Below, in pieces: positions 45,567 to 55,071 of a DNA stretch of 64,000 nt; position 1 is the stretch's first letter; each line of letters begins with the position of its first letter. The position numbers and the translations under genes were made by a program. The stretch covers positions 930,001 to 994,000 of the forward strand of contig OZ251235.1 of the NCBI GenBank assembly GCA_965240325.2, written 5' to 3'. Under the pieces are notes generated by a model, which was given only the letters and a program-made list of their open reading frames with translations, did no database searches and had not been told where the DNA came from. The stretch comes from Rebecca billardiae RCC1528. Taxonomy: Eukaryota; Protista; Haptophyta.

Positions 45567-47277
45567 TCAGCTACCCGGCGCCCTCGTCTCGGTCTCGGCC
45601 GCAGCCGCGAGCGCGCGCGGCTTCGGTGGCAGCGAGACGTTGGGCGCCGAGAGTCGGCGCAGCCGCGGCACCTCCGTGTCCGCCACGTGCGCGACGCGCG
45701 CGAGCTCGGCCGCGGACACGCGCGGCAGCGAGGGTAGCCCGAGCGTGTCGACGGCGCGGCGGAGCTGGGGCGCAATCCGAGCCCATGTCGCCTCGGCGTA
45801 CGAGTCACCGTCCGAGAGCGCGCGCGAGTGCGTGTGCCGGAAGCACGCGTCGAGCCCTGCGGCCGAGCCGAGCGCGTCCGCCGTCTGCGCGAGCGAGCGG
45901 CGCACGTGCCACGCGCCGCCGAGCGCCGCCGCCGCCGAGAGCGCGCTGAGCGCCGCCATCGGGCCGAGCGGCAGGCCGTTGGTCACGCCGGCGATCGCAA
46001 GGGCCTGGCCCGTCGCGAGCGCGCCGCCCACCGCACTCCACTGCACCCACCGCTCACGCGCGTACCGCCGGCGTGCCTCCTCGGCCACCGCCGCATGCAT
46101 GTGCAGCGCGCGCGCTCCCTCGTACAGCCGAGTCACCACGTTGTCGACGCGGCGCTCAGGCGCGCGGTGCACCTGCGGCGACGCGGCGGGGACGGCGTGC
46201 GCGCGCGCGCGTGAGCGGCGCCGTGGCGCGCGGCGCTCGAGCGCGGCGCGCGCCGATGCAGGCGGGGGCAGGCTGCGCTGCCGCCCGCACCTCAGCCAGC
46301 ACCTCCTCACGCACACCGTCGAGCGAGGCCAGCGGGCCTGCGAGTGCGGAGGGCACGCCCTCGCCGCCCGCGTGGTGGCCGGGCAGAAACATGGTGTAGA
46401 TGCGCGGCAGGTCCTTCCGCGGGATCACCTTCGCCAGGTTCCAGCACAGCGAGCCGTACGCGCGCGCGAAGTCGTGCAGCTGCTCGAAGCGGTCCACCTT
46501 GTTCAACACGATGTGCAGCTTGTGCGAGACGCCGCCGAGCGAGCCCGTGAGGCAGTCGAGCGTCTCGCCAGTGGTGCCCGGCTTGTCCGGGTCGAAGAAG
46601 AGGAGGACGACGTCGGCGCGCTCAGCGAGCCAGCGCACCACGCCGAGGAAGTCGTACCCGCGCTCCGTCGGCGCCGAGCGCAAGCTGCCACCGCCGCCGC
46701 CGTCGCCGCCGCCGCCGCGAGCCGCCGCTGCCGCCGCCGCCATCGCAGCAGGCGAATCGATCATGCCGGGCGAGTCGACGAGCATGAGCCCGTCGATCGC
46801 GAGGCCCGAGCGCACCTTCAGCTGCACGTGGTTGAGCAGCCCCGGCCCGAACGTGCGCAGGTGCGCGAACCCCAGCTCCGGGTCGCCCACAAACGCGGGA
46901 CCATCTCGGTCGGCGTCAGCCGTGCCCGGCGCGATCACGGTGAACGAGTCGTCGGTGGGCGCGACGCCGGCCTGCTGCACGGGGCGGCCGAGGACGTAGT
47001 TGATGAACGAGCTCTTGCCCGACGAGTGGTTCCCGAGCAGCAGCACGAATGGCAGCGGCACGCTCTGTGCGAACGCCGAGCGCTCGAGTGGCCCCATCAG
47101 GCGCTCGTTGAGTGGCGCAAGGATGTCGCGGTGCAGCGCCTCCGAGCGCGCGCGCACCTCCGCAGCGGCCTGCGACACGGCCGAGCCGCTCGACACGCGG
47201 CGCAGCGGGGCGGGCCAGCCCACCAGCCGCGCCGCCGTGGCGCACGGCGCGCGCGCGTGCGCTCGCGCGCCGTGCAT
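45567..47277 (-). CDS. EHD/sarcalumenin-type dynamin-like NTPase; intron 46290-46173
   Basis: LLGNHSSGKSSFIN, GVAPTDDSF, VDSPG, RGYDF, FFDPDKPGTTGE, LNKVD; hydrophobic hairpin at C-terminus. Confidence 0.9.
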
Positions 47278-47392
47278 CCGGCACTTTGATCGTGCGACGC
47301 GCCGACCGTGCGTCCGCGCTTGGCGCCGCAAGTCGGTAGCCTTGCACGGCAAATGAATCCGGATCGAGGACGACAGCGTGACACCGCGACAG

Positions 47393-47650
47393 ACTCATTC
47401 TATGATTTAACGACACAGGTAGGACGACGCGGGTCTCCTGATTCGTCGGCGGCAGTGCCCGATCGTCGACACGAAGTCGGCGTTGGTGGCAGAGCATAGC
47501 CTGCACCGCGATCGTAAAGCTTGAGCGCGGCCTTGAGCTGCTGAAGCGCGATCCACCTGCGCTGCGCGGCTCGCATGGACCGCTGCTGTGCCCCGAGCAA
47601 GGGCGAAAGTGCAGGTCCGGATGTCAGCTGGCAGTCTCAGCCGCGGGTAG
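47393..47650 (+). mobile_element. One-ended element, family Z (~260 bp), copy 2
   Basis: Begins with ACTCATTCTATGATTTAACGACAC; homologous to 22204-22461; agact at both ends. Confidence 0.9.
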
Positions 47651-48197
47651 ACTACTCCGTACTCGGCAGCTGTCTGAACTCTTGATCAGAGTCCGTGAGG
47701 GATGCACGGGTTTAGCTCACCCGGTCACCTCTACATACTAATACTTCTAGCGCACGGACTCAGTCTTGCCATGCAGTCCGTGCGCAGTATCTATACCGTC
47801 AGCAAGTCTTCTGAGGTCTTAATGATTAAGGCCACTAGTGTAACTGAATTTATCCACTCCGGGTCTGAAATCTGATGTCCGATGTCGGATGTATGCGGCG
47901 GGGCGGCCTCACACGGTCCGTAACTGTCCCAGAGTCACAGTCGGCCCGAGCGGCGTCGCAGTGTCCGAGTCGGTCCAAGCGACTCTGGTTGATGCGCCCT
48001 GTGCCGGTGCCATCGCCCATCGGGCCATTCATCCGCGCGGAATCATGCACGGTGGATCACAGCCTCACCCTCGGTTTGTCTCACGAGTGTCACGGTGTAA
48101 TCGAGTGTGCGTGCGTCACTCTGTGCCTCCATCCCGCCGGCACTCGAAGCAGAGTGCTCAGCGGCTTCGAGCGGCCTCGTCGTCCTTGATACGGATG

Positions 48198-48806
48198 TTA
48201 TCCCGCCGGTGTGCGAGAGGCCCTTGCGAACGGGCTGCGCGCTGGGCTCGGTGGCGCGAGCGTCGAAGCGAATCCTGGGCGGTCGAGCTTGGCTGACTTC
48301 TTCTCCGGAGGCACGACCGGCAACAGGCCGAGCGAATGCCGGTGAGGCCGCTTGGGTGAGCCGTCGTCCTGGCCGGTGTGCTTCTTGCCGCGCTTCGGCG
48401 AGGTCGCGCCGCGAACCGCCAGCCCCTCCGCGGTGCTGATGAGCTGCCGCGCGTCCTGCGAGATGGACATCGAGCGCTTGGCCGCGATCTGCTGCTCCGC
48501 CGTTTGGATGAGACGACGCGCGTCGGGACTGGCCTCGCCGTCGAGCGGGGCGGCGCCCACGCGTGGCGTGGATGATGCGCGACGCATCACGTGCACCATC
48601 TCCGCCTGGTGCAGGGACGTCGCCTCCTCGCCCCAGCACGAGTTGCACAATTTGCGGCGCATGATCTCTCCGCCGCCGATATCGACGCGCTGCACGACGT
48701 GGCAGGTGCTGCACACGCGGCGGCTGCACACGCCACACGTGCGCAGGTGCCAGCGGTTGTGCTCGCACTCGCCACAGCGCTCACGATGCGGGAGCCCAAA
48801 ACCCAT
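48198..48806 (-). CDS. FYVE-like 8-Cys zinc-finger protein, tandem paralog A
   Basis: CGEC..CGVC..CSTC..CNSC followed by a Ser/Pro/Arg-rich tail. Confidence 0.75.
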   Translation of the reverse strand: MGFGLPHRERCGECEHNRWHLRTCGVCSRRVCSTCHVVQRVDIGGGEIMRRKLCNSCWGEEATSLHQAEMVHVMRRASSTPRVGAAPLDGEASPDARRLIQTAEQQIAAKRSMSISQDARQLISTAEGLAVRGATSPKRGKKHTGQDDGSPKRPHRHSLGLLPVVPPEKKSAKLDRPGFASTLAPPSPARSPFARASRTPAG

Positions 48807-49316
48807 GCTCGCGTGCGGTCCGACTCCCGAGCTATCTCCGCCGCACACGGCCAGCGATTGCGAATCTCCGCCCCCCTTCGCTCGGTGAGTCGGGGTGCGC
48901 ACCGGGGTGCAAAGCGCACCCGTGTGACGGATCCGGGAGAGGGTGCGGTGGGTGAAGCCTCCTAGTCTAGGACAGTCGACATAGATTCTGAGATTCCCCC
49001 TCTATGTCTTTGATGGCGCCAGCGCACACATATATTCAAACGCCTCACTTTGATTCATCTCCAGTATTTCTTCATAAGGCTTGGCGACCGTTGAGAGGCG
49101 TTGGGTTTGTGGTGGCGGTCTGGCAGCGCCTGGCGGACACGTTCCCCAACGGCAAAGGGCTAAAATAAGAGCGCCTACCCCCATACCCTCATACATGCCA
49201 CATATCTGATCTAGTCAGAACGCGGCCTCAAAGTATGAAGGCTGAGAAGACAGTGAGAGCACCATCGGTGTCAGTAGCAAAGCGTCCGTCAGTAGTTGCT
49301 AGCGATGCGCGCGACG

Positions 49317-49940
49317 TTATCCCGGCGGCGTGCGAGAGATCCTCGCGAACGGGCTGCGCGCTGGGCTCGGCGGCGCCAGCGTAGCAGCGTGGGGCAGGCC
49401 GAGCGCGCGGCCGCGCATACCGGCTGCGTTCTTCTCCGGCGGCGCGACCGGCAACGACAGGCCGAGTGCCGGCCTTTGCGGACGCGGGGGCGAGCTGTCG
49501 TCCGGGCCAGTGAGATACCCGTCACGCGTCGGCGAGTCCGCGCCCACGCCCGACAACCCCTCCGCGTTGCTGATGAGCTGCCGCGCGTCCTGCGAGATGG
49601 ACATCTGCCGCTTCACCTCCACCTTCTCCTCCGCCTTGTGGATGAGACGCCGCGCGTCGAAACTGCTGTCGACGTCGAGTCGGGTGGGGGTTCCTTGTGG
49701 CTCAGATGACGCGCGACGAATCACGTGCCTCACTTCCGCCAGGTGCAGGGACGTCGCCTCCTCGCCCCAGCACGAGTTGCACAATTTGCGGCGCACGATC
49801 TCTCCGCCGCCTAGCTCGGCACGCTGCACGACGTGGCAGGTGCTGCACACGCGGCGAGTGCACTTGCCACATGTGCGCAGGTGCCAGCGGCTGTGCTCGC
49901 ACTCGCCACAGCGCTCACGATGCGGAAGCGCAAACCCCAT
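49317..49940 (-). CDS. FYVE-like 8-Cys zinc-finger protein, tandem paralog B
   Basis: Colinear with paralog A (MGF.LPHRERCGECEH..SMSISQDARQLIS..TLAPPSPARSPFAR). Confidence 0.75.
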   Translation of the reverse strand: MGFALPHRERCGECEHSRWHLRTCGKCTRRVCSTCHVVQRAELGGGEIVRRKLCNSCWGEEATSLHLAEVRHVIRRASSEPQGTPTRLDVDSSFDARRLIHKAEEKVEVKRQMSISQDARQLISNAEGLSGVGADSPTRDGYLTGPDDSSPPRPQRPALGLSLPVAPPEKNAAGMRGRALGLPHAATLAPPSPARSPFARISRTPPG

Positions 49941-51145
49941 GCTCGACGGTGTTGCGAGTCGGGGACGGCAGAGAGGAAGTTGCTTGCGGAGCTTTTCGGC
50001 ACTGGCGTCGTGGTTCGCGGGCTCGGCAAAGGAATGCCGTTGCCGAGTGGGCGAAACTTTCCAGCGGTCGGAGCTACAGTGCTTACGCGGGCGGTTCGGC
50101 GCGGGAAACGAGACTACGTTCCCCCGTGTCGGACCAAGGACCGGACACGCGATCCAATCGACCAATCCGAGCGTGCGTCTGAGCGGTTCATAAGTGGTGG
50201 GCGAAACAGCTTATAAGTACTCATTCCAACTGCTCTACCAACCACAGGTCCGACGCCCAATCAGAGCTCCCCACGGAGCGCTTAAGAATCCCCAACAGGG
50301 GCCGTAAGCACTACTGGACCGGCGCGCTCACCGGCGGCACGGCGCGCGAACATTCCGAAGGCGTACCGATGGAAACCGTCTACGAACATTCTTCGCTCGA
50401 GCTCAACGTCTGGGTATGCCGTTACACAGTGAGAAGCAAGTGATTATGATAGAGGTGTGTGCGTCTGCTCAGTAAACTGTAACGGACCCGACGGAGGCCG
50501 CTCCCGCGCTTCCAGCGTATTGTGGCTCTCGGCCTTCCGCCGCTCCAGTAGAGCTCCCGATGGGGCCCAGCGGGGCGGTAGCGAGGCGGGGAACGACTGG
50601 AGCTTGCGCGTGGTTGTGTGTTTTGCGCCCCCGCACCTCTGGAGGTCTGCGAGGCCCGCGCGAGCTTGAGCTTGCGGCGGTTCACATCTGATAAATTACC
50701 TGCATCGACAGCCGTTCAAGGTCCACCGGCACGTTGCCTGCATTCGAGGCGCATGAAGCCGCAGGGCGTCATGGCGCGCGTCCACGACCTTGCTGCAAGA
50801 TGGCTTAGACTCTCCCGGGATGCGCGCCTCGGGTTGCGCTCAGCGCGCGCACACTTTGCTGGGACGACAGCACAACTAAGCGGTGAGTCAGCCGGCATAG
50901 GCAGTCAGGGGCGCTATGCATATGTCCGGGTGGGCCGTCAAGGCGCAGAGAATATGAGCAGACGCCAGTAGCCTCGCGACACAAGACGGCGCAGACACAC
51001 GCTGCCCCTCTGCCCAACCGCGTGCACCATCACCGCGTGCACGTCGACGACCGCGGCGGCCGCAGCGCGCGGCGGCACCCGCGCACGGCAGCGCCGCGCG
51101 GCGCGCCGCATGTGTGGCGGCGGCCCGATGTTACGCAGGCAGAAG

Positions 51146-51560
51146 GATGAATGAATAATCAAAATGAATCAGTGGCAGAGCTGCAGCGGATCGATCAGCA
51201 GGGACGAACACCAGGATCAGCGCTCCTCGCAGTCGTCCCTCACCTCGCCGTCGCCCCGCGGCATCACTCCATCGCCGAGCATCGCCATCGGTCAGCCGTC
51301 GTCTCGAAGTGATAATCGTCGCGTGCCGCGCCCCCGAGAGCGCGTGCCCCTGGGCACACCTGAGCCATGCGCGCGGCCGATGAGCATCTTGGCCTGGCCA
51401 CGCAGGCAGCACACGCCCAGCTCGCGCCGCATGGCGCCAGTGGTGAGCGCAAGCTGGTTGTGCGCGCAGCACGGCAACCAGGGGAGGCGGGTGCCGCAGG
51501 CTGCGGCGAGGCGCGCGCAAATCTGCATCGTCATCAAAAGCAAGCAAACAGGAGAACGGG
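51146..51560 (-). mobile_element. Possible 3' relic of a non-LTR retrotransposon (CRE/RLE-type)
   Basis: RRELGVCCLRGQAKML resembles the RLE C-terminal R-LSV...RGNA helix; downstream TTCA-rich tail. Confidence 0.3.
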
Positions 51561-51619
51561 TATCGCCTGCGGGCACTGCTCACCGACATCGGCGGCGTCG
51601 CCGCGGCTGGCGCGGCGCG

Positions 51620-54604
51620 ATGGCGGTGGAGGACATGGCCATGGATGTGCGCGCGATGAAGGCGCGCGCCAAGGTCGCCCAGACGCGCAAGCAGGAGGAG
51701 CTCGAGCCCGGCGCCGACTTTGGCGAGTCGCCGGGCAAGATGCCGGGGGTCGAGGTGTGGCGGATCGAGGCGTTCAAGGTGGTGCCGGTGCCGCGCGCGG
51801 CGCAGGGCAAGTTCTACTCGGGCGACTCGTACATCGTGCTCCACACGCGCGCGCGTGGCGGCGGCGGCCGCGCCCTGGACTGGGACCTCTACTTCTGGCT
51901 GGGCGAGGCGACCTCTCAGGACGAGGCAGCGGTCGCAGCATACAAGACGGTCGAGCTCGACGACAGGCTGGGCGGGCGGCCGACGCAGTACCGCGAGACG
52001 CAGGGGCACGAGTCGAAGGGCTTCCTCGCCGTCTTCCCGCGCATCCAGTACCTCAAGGGCGGCGTCGACTCCGCGCTCAAGTCGGCCGCGGCGCGCGAGG
52101 GCACCTTTGAGCCGCGGCTGCTGCACTGCAAGGGCGCCAAGACGGTGCTGGTGAGCGAGGTGGCGCGGCGCGCGGCGTCGCTCAACCGGGGCGACGTGTT
52201 CGTGCTCGACGCGAACGACACCATCTACCAGTGGAACGGCGCCTCCGCCAACCGGCGCGAGAAGGCGAAGGCGCTCGAGGTCGCGCTCGCCATCCGCGAT
52301 GACGACCGCCAGGGGAAGGCGGAGCTGGTCGTGATCGATGACCCCGGGGCCGGGCACGCGCAGGTGCCGCTCGCCGAGCTGGACGAGGACGAGCGGCGGT
52401 TCTGGGCCGCGCTCGACGGCACGCGCGCCGACGTGCGCGAGGCCGCAGCGGCCGGCGAGGACGCGGCGGCCGGCGGCTCCGCGGGCGGCACGGCGGCCGC
52501 GGCCGGCGGCGGCGGCGGCGGCATGCTCGGCGGCCTGTTCGGGCTGGGCAAGGGCAAGGGCAAGGGTGGTGAGGGCGGCGCTGCCGCCCAGCCGGCCAAC
52601 GCCGCGGGCGCCGGCCCCGCCGGCCCGGCTCCGCCCAAGCTGTTTGTGATCTCAGACGCGCGCGGCTCGCTCAAGCAGACGGCTGTTGGGCCGGCCGGTG
52701 GCGGCGCGCTGACGCGCTCGCTGCTCGACGACGACGACGCGTTCCTGCTCGACGCGGGCGCGCACGTGTTCGTGTGGATCGGCAAGCGCGCGAGCCAGGG
52801 TGAGCGGCAGGCCTCGATGCGCGTCGCCGCCAAGTACCTCCGCGCGGCCGGCCGGCCGGCGCACACGCCGACGACTCGCGTCGCGTCCGGTGGCGAGCCG
52901 GCGGCCTTCCGCGCACACTTCGTGGACTGGCTGAGCGCGGAGGGCGGCGGCGCGCCGGTCACCGACCTGCAGGCGTTCCGCAAGGGGCAGGCGCGCGTGA
53001 GCGCCGCGCAGACGGAGCGCTCCACCGAGGAGCTCGCCGCCGAGCTCGCCGCCTCGCCTGCGCGCGCTGACGTGGGCGGCGCGTCGCAGCCTCTGGCCGA
53101 GCGGCCTCCGGCGGGTGCGGTGCGCGTGTGGAGGATCGAGAAGCTCGAGCGCGCCGAGCTGCGGCCTGAGGAGCTGGGGCTGCTCAACGCGAACGACTGC
53201 TACATCGTGCTGCACACGGACGAGCGCGCCAAGACGCGCACGCTGTACTACTGGCTCGGCGCCAAGTCGACGCAGGACGAGCGCGGCGCCGTCGCGCTAC
53301 AGACGGTGGCTCTGTCTGATGAGCTGGGCGGAAGCGTGCCGCAGGTGCGGGTGTGCCAGGGGCACGAGCCGCCGAGGCTGCTGTCGCTCTTCGCGCCGAG
53401 GCTGGTGGTCTTCTCGGCGGGCGGCGTGGAGACGGCGTTCCGCTCGGTCCCGCCGCGCGGCGCGCCCGCCGACCCCGCGCCCGTCGCCGCTGCTGCCATC
53501 AACCCGGCCAGCGAGGGCCCTGGCACACTCTTCCAGGTCCGGGGCACGACGGCGCGCGACGTGCACAGCACGCAGGTGGCGGCGAGGGCGGCCTCGCTCA
53601 GCTCGTACGACTGCTTCCTCGTGTGCTCGGCGCTCGCGGCGAGCGGCGCCGGCGGGAGCGGCGCGCTGCCCGCGTGGATGCAGCGCACGGTGGGCGCGGC
53701 CAAGGGCGGCGCGCCCACGCTGTGGGTGTGGCGCGGCGTGCACTCCAACCAGGCCGAGCGCGAGGGCGCCGATGAGGCCGCGCAGCTGCTGCTGCACGCG
53801 AGCGCGCACGGCGTCAACCCGAACGTGGCGGGGCCGCCGGGCTCGAAGCTCGGTGCCGAGGTGAAGGTGGTCGTCGTGGACGAGGGCTCCGAGCCCGCCG
53901 CAATGTGGGCGGCGATCGGCGGCAAGGGCGAGTACGCGCGCGTCGCTCCGGACGGCAAGGGCGGTGGCGGTGCCGGCATGCGGCTGCCCTTCGGCTCGCG
54001 CGGCATGGCGAGCAACAGCGCGTACGCGCAGGTGCCCAACGTGGATGACGCGCGGCTCTTCCACTGCTCAGACCGCACTGGCGTCTTCAAGGTTCGCGCC
54101 ACGCGCCACCGCGGCCCGTCACCCCGGATCGGGCGCGGGCGCGCCAAGCCGGGCCGCGCGCACCCGCCCGGTCGGGCGTCTGAGGTGAGAGTGGCCTCTG
54201 CTCATCTCGCCTCCCCCCGCTGCCCGCGTGCTTGCCCACCCTCGCAGGTGGAGGAGGTGCGAAATTTCGCTCAGGACGACCTCGACCCGGACGACGTGAT
54301 GCTGCTCGACGTGGTCGCCACCATCTACGTCTGGGTCGGCTCGGGCGCCTCGGAGAACGAGCGCCGACGCGCGCCCGAGCTGGCTGACCAGTACGCGCAC
54401 ACTGCCGGCACCGGCGGTGGCCGGCCCCCGCACGTGCCTGTGATCCGCGTCGAGCAGGGCGCCGAGCCGCTGCACTTCAAGGCGTGCTTCTTCGGCTGGT
54501 CGGACGAGAAGGGGGCGGTGGGGTACGACCCGTTCGAGGCGAAGCTCAAGGCGTCCAAGCAGGTCCGCCGCGCCAAGTCGATCGTGACGACCAACGCCAA
54601 GTAA
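51620..54604 (+). CDS. Villin/gelsolin-family actin-binding protein; in-frame intron 54092-54247
   Basis: VWRIEAF, FYSGDSYIVL, LYFWLG..SQDE, YRETQGHES, SLNRGDVFVLD, QDDLDPDDVMLLD, EPLHFKACFFGW; about six gelsolin segments. Confidence 0.95.
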   Translation: MAVEDMAMDVRAMKARAKVAQTRKQEELEPGADFGESPGKMPGVEVWRIEAFKVVPVPRAAQGKFYSGDSYIVLHTRARGGGGRALDWDLYFWLGEATSQDEAAVAAYKTVELDDRLGGRPTQYRETQGHESKGFLAVFPRIQYLKGGVDSALKSAAAREGTFEPRLLHCKGAKTVLVSEVARRAASLNRGDVFVLDANDTIYQWNGASANRREKAKALEVALAIRDDDRQGKAELVVIDDPGAGHAQVPLAELDEDERRFWAALDGTRADVREAAAAGEDAAAGGSAGGTAAAAGGGGGGMLGGLFGLGKGKGKGGEGGAAAQPANAAGAGPAGPAPPKLFVISDARGSLKQTAVGPAGGGALTRSLLDDDDAFLLDAGAHVFVWIGKRASQGERQASMRVAAKYLRAAGRPAHTPTTRVASGGEPAAFRAHFVDWLSAEGGGAPVTDLQAFRKGQARVSAAQTERSTEELAAELAASPARADVGGASQPLAERPPAGAVRVWRIEKLERAELRPEELGLLNANDCYIVLHTDERAKTRTLYYWLGAKSTQDERGAVALQTVALSDELGGSVPQVRVCQGHEPPRLLSLFAPRLVVFSAGGVETAFRSVPPRGAPADPAPVAAAAINPASEGPGTLFQVRGTTARDVHSTQVAARAASLSSYDCFLVCSALAASGAGGSGALPAWMQRTVGAAKGGAPTLWVWRGVHSNQAEREGADEAAQLLLHASAHGVNPNVAGPPGSKLGAEVKVVVVDEGSEPAAMWAAIGGKGEYARVAPDGKGGGGAGMRLPFGSRGMASNSAYAQVPNVDDARLFHCSDRTGVFKVRATRHRGPSPRIGRGRAKPGRAHPPGRASEVRVASAHLASPRCPRACPPSQVEEVRNFAQDDLDPDDVMLLDVVATIYVWVGSGASENERRRAPELADQYAHTAGTGGGRPPHVPVIRVEQGAEPLHFKACFFGWSDEKGAVGYDPFEAKLKASKQVRRAKSIVTTNAK

Positions 54605-55071
54605 GCGAGCAAGCTGCGTTTGGCACACCTCACTCACGCGAGTCGCGCACTCGAGTTAATCTCGCGCACTCGGACTCGCTGCAGTGCGGTGATGTGCGGA
54701 ATGCGATGACCAGCCATGCGCCCGTCTTCAAGCTGCTCGGACTCGGAGACGATCGGAGGAGTCGTCGTCGTCGGACTCTGACTCGCGAGCCAGTCTGGCC
54801 ACTCGGAGCCATTTGACAGGCCATGCATTATTCAGGGCCGCGCGTTGTTATATTCATCAGTATGACGCGCATTATTCGCGCGTCATATCAGATCCATATA
54901 TACATTATAAGTATATGGCAATAATACTGAGTTACAATTGATAATAAATTATAATAAATAAATAATACATTATTTTAAAGCAGAATATATATATAACGTC
55001 GTCGGCGCCGGGACCGTGACTCGCGCGCGCTGCTCAGGCCTCATTACTAGTATGACGGGCTCATTGCCGGC

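Noticed and set aside
45640-47289. Long Arg/Ala-rich alternative-frame ORFs (here and e.g. 22730..24235, 19016..20338)
   Set aside because: Expected stop-poor shadows of real genes at very high GC; no motifs
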